From: Mobula hypostoma
Taxonomy: Eukaryota
Assembly: GCF_963921235.1 (NCBI RefSeq)
Contig: NC_086097.1
Span: 179,616,001-179,680,000, forward strand
DNA: 64,000 nucleotides
Reading direction: 5' to 3'
The translations under genes were made by a program, and so were the position numbers. The notes beneath the pieces were generated by a model. That model did no database searches. It saw nothing but the letters and a program-made list of their open reading frames with translations, and was not told the origin of the DNA. Below are positions 1 to 13,441 of the stretch, one piece after another; the first letter of the stretch is position 1; the number at the start of each line of letters is the position of its first letter.

Positions 1-1920
1 CACTGTCTCTCCCATCCTATTTATTATGGGAATGAACCTCCTATTATCAGCAGCAGAAGATGTAACCAGCAGCCCGACGCTGAAGTCGGGCATTGTTCAG
101 CTAGCCCTACGAGGGCTCATGGACGACATCACTATAACAACTGTGTCACATGTCCAAGCAAGATGGGTATTGGATACCCTGGATAATGTAGCCACTTGGG
201 CTAGGATGTCCTTCAAGACCAAGAAGTCCAGGTGCATGGTGATCAGAAAGGGCAAAGTTAATAGCAAGTTTAGCCTCCAAGTTCAGGGTGAGGTCATCCC
301 TTCCATCGAAGATAACCCAATAAAATGCTTGGAGAAGTGGTTTAATGTGTCATTGACAAATGGGGCCAATGTCACCAATGCTGTGAAGCAGAAAGACGAA
401 TGGCTGAGGAAGATGGACAAATCTGGACTTCCAGGTAAATTCAAGACCTGGCTGTACCAATACGGCATTCTGCCTAGGCTTCTCTGGCTCTTCACACTTT
501 ATGAGTTCCCCATGACTGCCGTAGAGGGCATCCAGAGGAAAACCAACAAGCACCTGCGGAGATGGTTGGGAGTTCCCCCAAGCTTCTCTTCAGTGGGCCT
601 CTACATTCGTTCTGGGCAACTGCAGCTCCCCCTGTCATCTGTTGTGGAGGAATTCAAGGTGGCAAAATGCAGAGCCTTATTAAGCTTGAGAGATTCCAAT
701 GACGTCTTGGTAAAGCAAGCAGGCGTTACAACCAGATCTGGGCGCAAGTAGGCTGCCAACGAAGCTGTAGAGGAGGCAATTTGTTCTCTGAAGCTGCGAG
801 ATATCATCGGCAACCCCTGCGTCAGGCGGCAAGGCCTCGGCTCAGTTCACTTCCAGCAGTGGGGAAACACAGGTATAAGGAACAGATGAGACATGGTACA
901 GGCAGAAGTACGGAACTGTGAGGAAGAGAAGCGGATGTCAAAGGCAGTGGAACAAGGGTTCCAGGGTGCCTGGATAAAGTGGGATCTGCCTAAGCGCAAG
1001 ATCTCATGGGCAGAGTTATGGAGACTGGAGCCCTTCAGTATTTCCTTCCTCTTGCAATCCCTGTATGACACCCTTCCTTCACCATTACATTTGTACACAT
1101 GGGGGATGAGAGAGGACCCAAACTGTAAGCTCTGTGGTCAAGAGGGGACACTGGCTCATATATTGTCCAGGTGTAAAACCGCTCTAACTCAAGGATGGTA
1201 TAGGTGGCGCCATGATAAGGTGCTTCTGGCTCTTGCTGACACACTAGAGCGGAAGAGACGCAAGACGAGGACGGCTGGCACAGATTTGAGGAAGGCCATC
1301 ACCTTCAAAGAGGGAGCCAGGCCTTTCGTAACCAAACAACCAAAGCCCAATCTGCTGCTAACGGCCAGGTCCTGGGAGATGAGGGTCGATGTTGGAAGGA
1401 GGTTGCAGTTCCCGGATGTGGTTCACACAACTCTACGTCCGGACATTGTACTGTCATCAACCAAAGACAAAAAAATAATTCTGGTTGAGCTGACTGTGCC
1501 GTGGGAGGAGGTATGGGAAGAGGCCCACGAGAGAAAGGCCTTGAAGTACCAGCCTTTAGTGAAGGAGTGTAAAGACAAGGGATGGCAGATATGGTTGTTC
1601 CCTGTGGAGATTGGCTGCAGAGGTTTCCCAGCCAAATTAGCATGGCAGTTGTTGTCAGATCTGGGCCTGGACGAAAGGAGTGAAAAACAAGGGGCAGAAC
1701 GAGCCTCTTGTTGGATTTGGAATAGGCGAGAGGAGGGGAGGGGAGCTGGAAGCCAGGAGCAGATGGGCAGTGATTTGGCCACCACTGCCAGCTCACCAAC
1801 TGGAGAATGTCGTGGTTAAGGGTCGAAACACTCTGTGAAAGTTGGAAACCACCTGATAACATCTGCTCCTGGCTGAAGGCTATGGTTACCTTATAAGGTA
1901 ACTGGAGAATGCACCCTAAC
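1..1920 (+). mobile_element. HERO-like (R2-group) non-LTR retrotransposon, 3' portion: RT C-terminus, CCHC finger and restriction-like endonuclease; degraded
   Basis: RT motifs LSPILFIMGMN and GLMDDIT; thumb SGLPGKFKTWLYQYGILPRLLW; CKLC...HILSRC zinc knuckle; RWRHDKVL; LRPDIVL...IILVELTVPWEE...K..KY. Premature TAG at 749-751 (likely a former TGG). The 5' part is outside the window and the 3' boundary is approximate. Confidence 0.88.
1796..1864 (+). ncRNA. Putative rearranged (non-circularly permuted) hammerhead ribozyme at the HERO-like element 3' end
   Basis: GUC at 1809-1811; stem I GTGGTT 1812-1817 / AACCAC 1847-1852; core CTGATAA 1853-1859; GAAA 1825-1828; stem III 1828-1834 / 1804-1810 (6/7 pairs); stem II 1860-1864 / 1820-1824; extra helix CCAACT 1796-1801 / AGTTGG 1840-1845. 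Confidence 0.6.
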
Positions 1921-2537
1921 AGGTATATGTAACAAGTGGTTACAGCAATACAACAAGACTAACAGTCCAAAAACTTGAGTTCAATCACCACCTAAGCAGT
2001 TGCAGAATTTAAATTCAGTTAATCAAATGCATTTGAGATTAAGAAGCTAAAAATCAGTATTAGTGAACATAAGTTGTCATAAAAACCCATCTGCTTCACT
2101 AATGTCCATTCCTTCTGGGCTTCAAATGAAGTTGATTTTTAACTGTCCTGTGAAATTATTTATCAACAACAAATGATCTGAATCATTTGACACTGCTCTT
2201 CCATGGCTGTGGAACACATCCCCTGCAATGTGCTGTCACTGATACTACACTTCATAATGCCATATTTGTTCAAGTTCATTGTTATCTTGTGCATACAAGC
2301 ATACAAAGTATAAATACCATGAAAAATACCTTGTTGCAGCAGCAGCATGGTGGCATACAAGTTTAGGACAAACACAAGTTAACAAATATAATATAAAATT
2401 GTATGTAACTTATACATGAGCGAAGCAATTAACAGGAATGCAACAGAGAGCGCAATACTGTTAAGGTTTCTCAGGTCAGTTCAAGAAACCAATGCAATGC
2501 ATCTTACACATCATTAAATATCAAGTTCAAATTATTA

Positions 2538-2672
<135 letters not shown>

Positions 2673-3706
2673 TTACATAAATCAAGATTTTTGGACTTTA
2701 TTGGATTAAATTCATTGCAGAACAAAAGATCAAATAAAACAATGGTGCAAGAGAATTGCTCAAGCAATAAGTTTAAAAAATAATTCTTATGATTTATATT
2801 AATGCTCACTGCAGAGTCAATCAAAATTTATGAAGTTGTAAATACTGCTTCACAGTCTTCAGGTCCCTGGGTCCACCTAGAAAGATTCTATCAAACTTTT
2901 TTCATTTTGAAAAATATCTCATTTATTTTCACAAAAATCCTTTGCTGAAATTGTGGAGAACTGCTGGTTCAGTGCAAATAGGAGTGATAGGAATACATAG
3001 AAATAAAGAAATGCTACTAGCAAAGTTAATGAGCTTGAAAGCATAAGTCCCAAGGAACTGCATCCCAGCTTTGAAAGAGGTGATCATGGAGTGGAAGGTC
3101 CTAATAGGTTCCAAAATTTTTCTTATTCTGGAATTTTTTTGTAGGACCGTGAGGCAGATGTGTGTGGACAGAGAGAAGACACATAACTGATTACCTATTT
3201 TGGTTTCTTACTCAAAGAAAATGGGACAGCTTCCTACGGTGGTAACCAAATGTATTCAATGTACAGCTAAGACAACCAGTTACTTTAATTTGCTTATGAC
3301 ACCACTTTCAGCCTATTGGGTCCCTGGTGACTGCCAGCTGAAACAAGCTCATTAGTGCCAGCTTCCCCCACCTCCATATCACCCTGTAGTTCTGCAATTT
3401 CCTTTCATGTGCTCACGAACTACTGTTTCTTAATAACCTAACCAGCACATCCTAGGGATGTGCAAGAAAACTCTAGCAGCCAGTGGAAACCTTTCTAGAA
3501 TGTGCAGACACCAATCACTGCATCTGAGATCAATGTCGAATCACACTCTCCTGGACAAATAGCAGAAGAGCTTCCCAATGTAGAAAGTGTATGTAACAGT
3601 ATATACAACAATAGTGTGAGAAACACTGCAACTCATGAAGCATCGGTGGAGAGAGGAAAACAATGCTGACAACATTTCAGCAAAGCATATTTTGTCATTT
3701 GTTTAA

Positions 3707-3893
3707 GCACCAGTTTAATATCGATGATATTCTTGCGGACCTGCCGACGGGGGCGGGGTGGGGGAGTGGTGGTGTTCAAGTTCAACAGTGTCTGACAGGG
3801 AATGAGGAAAGGTGCAGCTGACTCATATTGTTTCATATCGTTTCCACGCGGCCCAATAGCACATGCTCGTGGCCCGGTGGTTGGGGACCACTG
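3707..3893 (-). mobile_element. Short internally deleted hAT (Charlie/Buster-like) derivative with one TIR retained
   Basis: Ends in GGTTGGGGACCACTG and shares both subterminal regions with the elements at 5845-7031 and 42570-43777. The left TIR is not visible. Confidence 0.75.
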
Positions 3894-4954
3894 ACCTAAC
3901 TTTTCCACCCACAGACATTTCTTTTTGCTTTCCTCCTAGTCCCATATCTTAAAGTTTGTTTTATCAATAACATTTGCAAAGAAAGATCATTAGCAAGAAC
4001 CAGATGTGGTATGATCAGAGTACTTTCTGCAGTTTACTTTTACTGCAGGTTTCCAGCACACTGTGACTGGGTCTTGCTCAGTTCCACTTGATCATTGCTG
4101 CAATAAATCATAGGACAAAAAATTCAGGAACTTCTGGTAAGGCAGACACAAGTAGATGCCCAGTCAAATACAAGTTCACTCTCATGGGAAAGGATACCAA
4201 TCAGATAAGAACTGAGGCATTGGACATGTTTGCTCAGAGATAACCATCAATTTCATCAGTTTAGCTACTGGGCCAGGGCAGACTTTGTCACAATTTCCAA
4301 CCACAGAAGAGGTATTCATTGTATTAGTTGGCAATCCACTCTGAGTTGCCACACTAAGTGCACCAAGTCGCTACAGTGAGTCAAACAGTTATTCCCTATC
4401 AACTTCAAAACGCTAGGTGGGGTGATAAATTGGAATTTAAGTTAAATAATTAAACAATGGTGATGAATAGTAACACTCTTCATCCTCCTGAACAGAATTC
4501 TTCAGGATTGGACTGAAGTCCAATTTTGCATGGCATCAGAGTATACATTTGAGTTTTTCCATTGAGTAGTCAGTCCTCCACTGATTTCTGCCAACTTTAT
4601 CCTTTTGTCGTCCCTTAACAGCCAGAATTTCCAGTGAGATGCCCTCTTTTGCAAACCTGCTGCTAATAGCAAGGACACCATCTTGACTTTTTAAGATGAG
4701 TCTTCTAAAAGCTCCACTTTCACCTATCACTCCACTCAGTCATAAGAGAGACGATACTATTTCAGGTGAATTCTAAAGGGTGGGGCTTACCCTTGCAAGT
4801 CTAAGAAAGTATTACTGACTTGGTAAGATCAAATTTTTACCAAAAAGTGTCTCAAAAGGAAGCAAGAAAACTAACTGCTGTAGGAACTCACCAGGTCAGG
4901 CAGCACCTGTGGAGGCAGAGGGATGGATGACATTTCGGGTTGACACCCTGCATT

Positions 4955-7290
4955 CCAGATTGTTTAATGTCATTTCCAATCAACAAGTGTAAAGGAGAAC
5001 AAAATAATTCTTACTCCAGATCCAATGCAGAACAAAAAAAAACACAAGCTTACATACATAAGACTGATTCTATGTCCATAGTGTGATGCTAGGACCAGTG
5101 TGTCTCTACATAAGGTGACTCTGACAGGAAATGATGAAGTATTTGTGGTGGGGGTTGTGGGGGGATGGTTTAGTGGATGGATGTGTTGATCAGCCTTACT
5201 GCTTGGGAAAAGTAACTGTTTTTGAGTCCGGTGGTCTTGGCATAGATTCTACATAGCCTCCTCCGTGTGGGACAAACAGTCCACAAGCAGGATGGTGAGA
5301 ATCCTTCATGATGTTACTGGCCCTTTCCCAGCATCTTTCTGTATATATGTCTTTGATGGAGGGTAGGTTGGTAGTGTTAATCCATTGGTAGTTTTGATTA
5401 CCTATTATAGAGTCTTCCTGTCTGCTGCAGTGCATTTTCTGTAACATTCAGTGATGCAGCATGTTAGGATGCACTCTTCTGCACACATATTAGAAGGACA
5501 CAAGTATAGATGTGCAGAGTCCAGCTCTCTTCAGTCTCCTCAGAAAGCAGAGGCGTTGCTGAGTTTTCCTGCTTGTGTAGGATGTGTTCTGGGACCATAA
5601 CAGGTGGTGCAAGATGTGCACTCTCAGGAGTTTGAAATAGCTCACAGTTTCCACTGCTGTGCTGCCAATGTAAAGAGGGTGCGAGTGGTGCACATTCTCC
5701 TGAAGTTGATAACCATCTCCTTTGTCTTGATGACACTGGAAAAGAATTATTTGCCTGGCACTAGGCCTCAAGTTCTTCCACCTCTTCTATGTAGGCTGCT
5801 TCATCGTTGCTGGCAATGAGCCTCAGCACTGTCTTGTCATAGGTCAGCGGTCCCCAACCACTGGGCCGCAAAGCATGTGCTACCGGGCCGCAAGGAAATA
5901 TGATATGATTTGGTGATATGAGTCAGCTGCACCTTTTCTCATTCCTTGTCACGCTCTGTTGAGCCATTACGCATCTGAGGTCATTACCTGCGCGTCATCC
6001 GTGTCAGCGCAGGAAGGAGATCAACTCCTTAAGCTTGCAAATGACGGCGGGCTGAAAAGTATGTTTGACTTAACATCTCTGCCGGCATTCCAGATCAAAG
6101 TCAAGGCTAATTATCCTGAGATAGCCACGAAAGCACTGTAAACGTTGCTTCCATTTCCAACATCATATCTCTGCAAAGCGGAGATTTCTGCAATGAATGC
6201 AACGAAAACTAAATTGCAGAATAGACTGGACATAAGGAACCCCGTTCGAGTATCGCTGTCTCCCATCACCCCTCGATAGGACTGTCTTGTTGCAGGAAAA
6301 CAAGCCCAGGGCTCCCACTGATTCAGCGATATTGGTGTGTTGCAATGATTTTAATATGTGCTGTGTGTTTAATATCCAAACGTTACTTAAAATGTTATGA
6401 TGCTATTGACTTATATAACCATATAATAATTGCAGCACGGAAACAGGCCATCTCTGCCCTTCTAGTCCGTGCCGAACGCTACTCTCACCTAGTCCCACCG
6501 ACCTGCACTCAGCCCACAACCCTCCATTCCTTTCCTGTCCATATACCCATCCAATTTTTCTATAAATGATAATAATGAACCTGCTTCTGCTATTTCTACT
6601 GGAAGTTCGTTCAACACTTCAAGCTCCCCTGATAATTGACCTATCACTATGTTCATGCGAGGAAAATATGCGCTGTGTGTTTAATATTAAATTCGTTAGA
6701 TAAACCCTTTTAGAAATGAAATTGAGTGTATTAGCCACTTATCATCGATATTCCGGTCGTGATTAACAGGCCCCCTCCCCCCCAACAGAATCGCCAAAAA
6801 CGATTTGCAGAAAAAAAATCGGCAGGTACACGCATGCGCAATGGTGCCCACACAAGGCTTCATAGTCATTGTAGTCTTTCTCTGGGTAAACACAATGTAT
6901 TTGACTGCTACTCCTGGCCGTTGGCAACCCTACCCCACCGCCCGCCCCCCCCCCCCCCCGGGTCGGCCGGTCCGCAAGAATATTGTCAATATTAAACCGG
7001 TCTGCAGTGCAAAAAAGGTTGGGGACCCCTGTCATAGGTGAACTTGACAACGTGATTACTCGGATGTTTGGCCATGCAGTCACTTGTGAGCAGAGTGTAC
7101 GGCGATGGGCTCAGCACCAGCTCTGGGGGTGGGGGGATCAGCCGTGTTGAGGAGAGTGGGGATGTAGAAGCAGTGGTGCATCTAACTACCAGAGGTCTGT
7201 TGGTTAGGAAATCCACCATCCAGTTGCACAGTGGTGAATTAAGACCGAGGAGTAGGAGTTTCATCAGGGTCCAGTGAAACAATTTCTCCC
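4955..7290 (-). mobile_element. Rex1/Babar-like LINE fragment interrupted by a hAT element
   Basis: Minus-strand peptides LCNWMVDFLTNRP, NHVVKFT(YD) and QQRLCFLRRLKRAGL. Boundaries approximate. Confidence 0.75.
5845..7031 (+). mobile_element. Non-autonomous hAT (Charlie/Buster-like) DNA transposon, copy 1
   Basis: TIRs CAGCGGTCCCCAACC ... GGTTGGGGACCCCTG; perfect 8-bp TSD TCATAGGT (5837-5844 / 7032-7039) with central TA; transposase C-terminal remnant (IKVKANYPEIATKAL). Confidence 0.92.
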
Positions 7291-7723
7291 CCCCACCACC
7301 CACATTGCTCAACCACCCGAGTTCCTCCAGCATCTGCAGTCTCTTCAGGATTTTTCCAAGAAACGTCACTGGTGCTGGACACTCCAAAAGCATCTTCAAA
7401 GAAAAGCAATCCATTTTCTGTACTTATCTTGTTGAAAAGGGAGCAATTAGCAACATTCTGCATCCATCCACCAAAATGGTAGGACCAGGTGCCTTTCATG
7501 TTTAAAACCTGCCAAGACCATTTTAAGTATGCAGATACATTGATTAAATTATAATCCCTAAATTATTTTTAAAAACCTTTGAAAACACGGATTATATACA
7601 AAAGAGCAGATGAATCAGGTAAAGACTAAAATGAGTTAATTTATTATGTTACTTTTCACTCAAGTATTCTGGATCTGAATAATACAGCAAATTGATGGCT
7701 GTATTAATCAACATACAGAATTA

Positions 7724-7921
<198 letters not shown>

Positions 7922-7999
7922 TTAGACCTAGTTCAATCACAGCTCTTAATCCCATGCTTCACGATTACAAATTATTAAATATATTGTAAAGCTACATTA

Positions 8000-8310
8000 G
8001 ACCACACGAAAGGAGGGCATGTCCATCACTAAGGACACTCACCATCTGGGACATGCCCTCTTCTGATTATTACCATCAAGGTGGTGGTACAGGACCTTGA
8101 AGATCCATACTCAACAATTCAGAAACAGCTTCTTCTCCTCTGGCATTAGATTTCTGAATGGTCCATGAACTCATGAACACTACCTCGTCATCCCTTTTTT
8201 TCACTATTTAATTATTTTGTATGTCATAGTTATTTTATGTCTTGCACAGTACTGATGCTGCAAAACAACAAATTTCACAACACGTCAGTGATAATAAACC
8301 TGATTCCAAT
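8000..8310 (+). mobile_element. Rex1/Babar-like LINE 3' fragment
   Basis: Degenerate IIKDTHHLGHALF...FRNSFF segment followed by an AATAAA-containing tail resembling other Rex1 copies in the window. Confidence 0.6.
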
Positions 8311-8589
8311 TCCAGTTCTGACATCTTTCAAGTCATAAACCACTTCCCAAATTAAAATAATTTTCTTTGTTAACTTTAATTCCAAACTTGTGTCACTTGG
8401 AATACCGCCCATAATCCAGATAATTTCATCCCTCCCAAAACAGCAACACTAAAAATCACCCAGTAATTCAGAATACAAGTGTTATAAAAGTGCAAGTCAG
8501 TTCCAGGTATGAATACTATGGTCTTAAAAACAATATACAGTAGTCTTGGTTTATGCAGATATAGTGGAGAGTAGGTCATAAATGGACAG

Positions 8590-8895
8590 GGTAGTGTGGC
8601 AGCATAGCAGTTAGCGTATCGGTTTACAGCACCAGCAATCACTGATTAGGGTTCAATTCCCACCGCTGCCAATAAAGAGTTTGTATGTTCTCCCTGTAAC
8701 TGAGTGGATTTCCTCCCGCATTCCAATGATGTATGATTAGGGTTAGTGAGATGTGGGCATTCTGTGTTGGGGCCAGAAGCATTGCGACACTTGTGGGCTA
8801 CCCAACTCAATCCTCACTAATCAGATTTGATGCAAACTACTCATTTTACTGCATGTTTCAATGTACAAAAGACAAATGAAGTTAATCTTTATTTT
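8590..8895 (+). mobile_element. tRNA-derived V-SINE-like element
   Basis: A-box-like TAGCAGTTAG, B-box GGTTCAATTCC, core GAGTTTGTATGTTCTCCC, Rex1-like tail. Confidence 0.7.
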
Positions 8896-8901
8896 CAATC
8901 A

Positions 8902-9060
<159 letters not shown>

Positions 9061-9264
9061 CTACAGAAGAAACAAGACAATGTTTTATAAATTAAGCATC
9101 TTAAAAGACACTCTTTCAATATAAAAGGATTGATGTAGGGTTTTGACTAGAAACAAACAATTCCTTTCCTCACTCAGAACCACAGATGGTGCTCAACCTG
9201 CTGAGTTCCTCCAGTAGATCGTTTACTGCTATAATCATTTCACCTCCTTTTTTAATACTGCTTA

Positions 9265-9500
9265 TGGGCAGAGCAATAGTATAGCATCCAGTGTGACACT
9301 TTACAGTGCCAGCGATCAGGGTTCAATTCATGCCACTGTCCGAAAGGACTTTGTTGTACGTTCTCCCCGTCACTGCATTCACACAATCCAAAGACATACG
9401 ATTAGGATTAGTAAATTGTGGGCATGCTACGCTGATGTCACTGACACAAACAAAGCATTTCACTGTATGCTTTGATGCATGTGACAAATAACGTAATCTG
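9265..9500 (+). mobile_element. tRNA-derived V-SINE-like element (same family as 8590-8895)
   Basis: B-box GGTTCAATTC, core GTACGTTCTCCCCG...TCCAAAGACATACG, same tail. Confidence 0.65.
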
Positions 9501-10624
9501 TTTTTACACTAACATCTTCTGTTGTTACACTGACATCTCATCCATTTCCTTACACATCCTATAGCACCATGAAGTTTACATTTTTACTACAGTAAAAATC
9601 CCACTAGAGCATTATCAAACAAATTTTGACACCCAGAAACAAAGACAATCAAGATCTTGGTCACAGGTAAATGTTAAGAGCATCAGATGAGGGTGTAAGA
9701 GATTGTCAGCATTGTTCTGAAGTCCATAAACAGTTGCGAATAAAGAGATTGGTATCAATAACACATGACACGTGTACACGATTCAGCACCCAGGACCCAG
9801 GCATGAGTCAATTACACCCAGTGCAACAGTGCACCTGGTGTACAGGAGACCAGCCATGTCATTAACTGGGAAATGCCCTAGAATATTTTCCAAACATCCA
9901 GGCTATGGCACAGCTAACACCAATCCAATGTCATAGAAAGTATGAAAAATTAGTTGGCTAGTCAGTTCATCGAACCTGTGTCCTCTTACAGGTTGTACAT
10001 GATGAAGTAGCCTACTCCTATTGCTGTATGCTGTGTCCTTTCGTTTGTTTACTTGTCACTTTACTTTCTCTCTCTCTCTATCATGCACCAACAGCTTTAA
10101 AAAATAATGATAGTGAGTATTTTACTGCGTAGGATTAATCAAGTAGTTAACGTCACCCAAAAAGGGGAAGCAAATTAAAGGGAAAGGGAGGATGAACCTG
10201 GAAGACATCACAAAATAGTTTATCTGGAACTTGCTCCCACAGGGAATGGTGGAGGCTTCTTTATGGTAAAGAGTAATCAGGGAGAAAGGAACAGGGCCTT
10301 GTTTAGATAATTAAGTGGAGTATAATAGCATTTCAAATAGTCTGATAAGCCACTTGTTTTTGCGTTGTATTATTTTGCATAATCCCTATAAAGTGCTCCA
10401 AATTTGAAAATATGTAGTTCACTAATATTTGATCAAAATATTAGGGGGTTATATGTGTGAAAGAGGTGCATGGTGATTGTGAATTCCTTATCCAAATAAA
10501 AATAAAATTTAAAAAAAAAGAAATAGATAAGAATTCAATGCAAAATGAAGAAACCAGGCAGCAATTTTAGGTCAGACAGATAAAACTGCTCAAAAAAAGA
10601 TGACTACAAAGGGATGAAAGAAAA

Positions 10625-10870
10625 CATGGTGACTTGGGTTCAATCCTGACCTCTGGGTGCTCTCTGTGTGCAACATGAAGGTTCTCTCTCTGGCTTCTTT
10701 CCACGTCCCAAAGACACGCAGTTGGTTGGTAAATTGTCGTTAGTGTGTAATTGAGTAACACAACTTGGGGTGAGAAAAGTCTGTGGGAATGTGGGGAGAA
10801 TAAAATGGAATCAGTGTAAATGGGTGGCTGATGCTCTTGGTGGGTTAAAGGACAGTTTTCCATGAGGTAC
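10625..10870 (+). mobile_element. V-SINE-like element, degenerate
   Basis: GGGTTCAATCC B-box and CCACGTCCCAAAGAC core. Confidence 0.55.
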
Positions 10871-10989
10871 TGCTCCAGGATTTTAAATAGTCCTTTGGGT
10901 ACATCAAGGGGAGCAAACACATCAAAAAATGGACAGGCTTGCAAATCTTTGGCTCCTTATAGACATTGTATTATTTGTAGGAAGAGGTG

Positions 10990-11027
10990 CAGTCGACGTT
11001 TCAGGCCGAGACCCTTCGTCAGGACTA
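10990..11027 (-). ncRNA. Minimal type I hammerhead ribozyme motif (inverted PLE arm)
   Basis: Reverse complement is identical to the motif at 12981-13018. Confidence 0.85.
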
Positions 11028-12980
11028 ACTGAAGGAAGAGTGAGTAAGGGATTTGAAAGTTGGAGGGAGAGGGGGAGATCCAAAATGATAGGAGAAGACA
11101 GGAGGGGGAGGGTTAGAGCCAAGAGCTGGACAGGTGATAGGCAAAAGGGGATACGAGAGGATCATGGGACAGGAGGTCCGGGAAGAAAGACAAGGGGGGG
11201 GGGACCCAGAGGATGGGCAAGAGGTATATTCAGAGGGACAGAGGGAGAAAAAGGAGAGTGAGAGAAAGAATGTGGGCATAAAAATGAGTAACAGATGGGT
11301 ACGAGGGGGAGGTGGGGCCTTAGCGGAAGTTAGAGAAGTCGACGTTCATGCCATCAGGTTGGAGGCTACCCAGACGGAATATAAGGTGTTGTTCCTCCAA
11401 CCTGAGTGTGGCTTCATCTTTACAGTAGAGGAGGCCGTGGATAGACATGTCAGAATGGGAATGGGATGTGGAATTAAAATGTGTGGCCACTGGGAGATCC
11501 TGCTTTCTCTGGCGGACAGAGCATAGATGTTCAGCAAATCAGTCTTCCAGTCTGCGCCTTTTTGTTGGGTTTGTGGAACAATCTATGTTCCGTGCCTATT
11601 CTGGTATCTGTCCCCCACTTTTCCTTCGCTACATCGACAACTGCATTGGCGCTGCTTCCTGCACGCATGCAGAACTCGTTGACTTTATTAACTTTGCCTC
11701 CAACTTTCACCCTGCCCTCAAGTTTACCTGGTCCATTTCCGACACCTCCCTCCCCTTTCTAGATCTTTCTGTCTCTGTCTCTGGAGACAGCCTATCCACT
11801 GATGTCTACTATAAGCCTACTGACTCTCACAGCTATCTGGACTATTCCTCTTCTCACCCTGTCTCTTGCAAAAACGCCATCCCCTTCTCGCAATTCCTCC
11901 ATCTCCGCCACATCTGCTCTCAGGATGAGGCTTTTCATTATAGGACGAGGGAGATGTCTTCCTTTTTTAAAGAAAGGGGCTTCCCTTCCTCCACTATCAA
12001 CTCTGCTCTTAAACGCATCTCCCCCATTTCACGTACATCTGCTCTCACTCCATCCTCCCGCCACCCAACTAGGAATAGGGTTCCCCTGGTCCTCACCTAC
12101 CACCCCACCAGCCAACATATTATTCTCCGTAACTTCCGCCACCTCCAACGGGATCCCACCACTAAGCACATCTTTCCCTCCCCCCCTCTCTCTGCATTCC
12201 GCAGGGATTGCTCCCTACACAACTCCCTTCTCCATTCATCCCCCCCATCCCTCCCCACTGATCTCCCTCCTGGCACTTATCCGTGTAAGCGGAACAAGTG
12301 CTACACATGCCCTTACACTTCCTCCCTTAGCACCATTCAGGGCCCCAAACAGTCCTTCCAGGTGAGGCAACACTTCACCTGTGAGTCGACTGGGGTGATA
12401 TACTGCGTCCGGTGCTCCCGATGTGGCCTTTTATATATTGGCGAGACCCGACGCAGACTGGGAGACCGCTTTGCTGAACATCTACGCTCTGTCCGCCAGA
12501 GAAAGCAGGATCTCCCAGTGGCCACACATTTTAATTCCACATCCCATTCCCATTCTGACATGTCTATCCACGGCCTCCTCTACTGTAAAGATGAAGCCAC
12601 ACTCAGGTTGGAGGAACAACACCTTATATTCCGTTTGGGTAGCCTCCAACCTGATGGCATGAACATCGACTTCTCTAACTTCCGCTAGGCCCCACCTCCC
12701 CCTCGTACCCCATCTGTTACTCATTTTTATGCACACATTCTTTCTCTCACTCTCCTTTTTCTCCCTCTGTCCCTCTGAATATACCTCTTGCCCATCCTCT
12801 GGGTCCCCCCCCTCTTGTCTTTCTTCCCGGACCTCCTGTCCCATGATCCTCTCGTATCCCCTTTTGCCTATCACCTGTCCAGCTCTTGGCTCTAACCCTC
12901 CCCCTCCTGTCTTCTCCTATCATTTTGGATCTCCCCCTCCCCCTCCAACTTTCAAATCCCTTACTCACTCTTCCTTCAGT

Positions 12981-13018
12981 TAGTCCTGACGAAGGGTCTC
13001 GGCCTGAAACGTCGACTG
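12981..13018 (+). ncRNA. Minimal type I hammerhead ribozyme motif in a PLE terminal repeat
   Basis: TAGTC CTGACGA AGG-gtctcgg-CCT GAAA C GTC GACTG: stem I TAGTC/GACTG, intact core, palindromic ACGT stem III; predicted cleavage after 13013. Confidence 0.85.
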
Positions 13019-13057
13019 CATCTCTTCCTACAGATGCTGCTTGGCCTGCTGCGTTCA

Positions 13058-13441
<384 letters not shown>

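Noticed and set aside
4020..4870. Possible coding relic in intron 8
   Set aside because: Only a 64-aa ORF with no recognisable motif.
7239..7510. Alternative TTC39C exon after a CAG acceptor
   Set aside because: No similarity to TTC39 proteins, no convincing donor, and exons 8-9 already join in phase.
11447..12688. 413-aa ORF as a novel gene
   Set aside because: It is a junction artefact: its first ~36 aa are the antisense of the inverted PLE arm, fused in frame to PLE RT/GIY-YIG.
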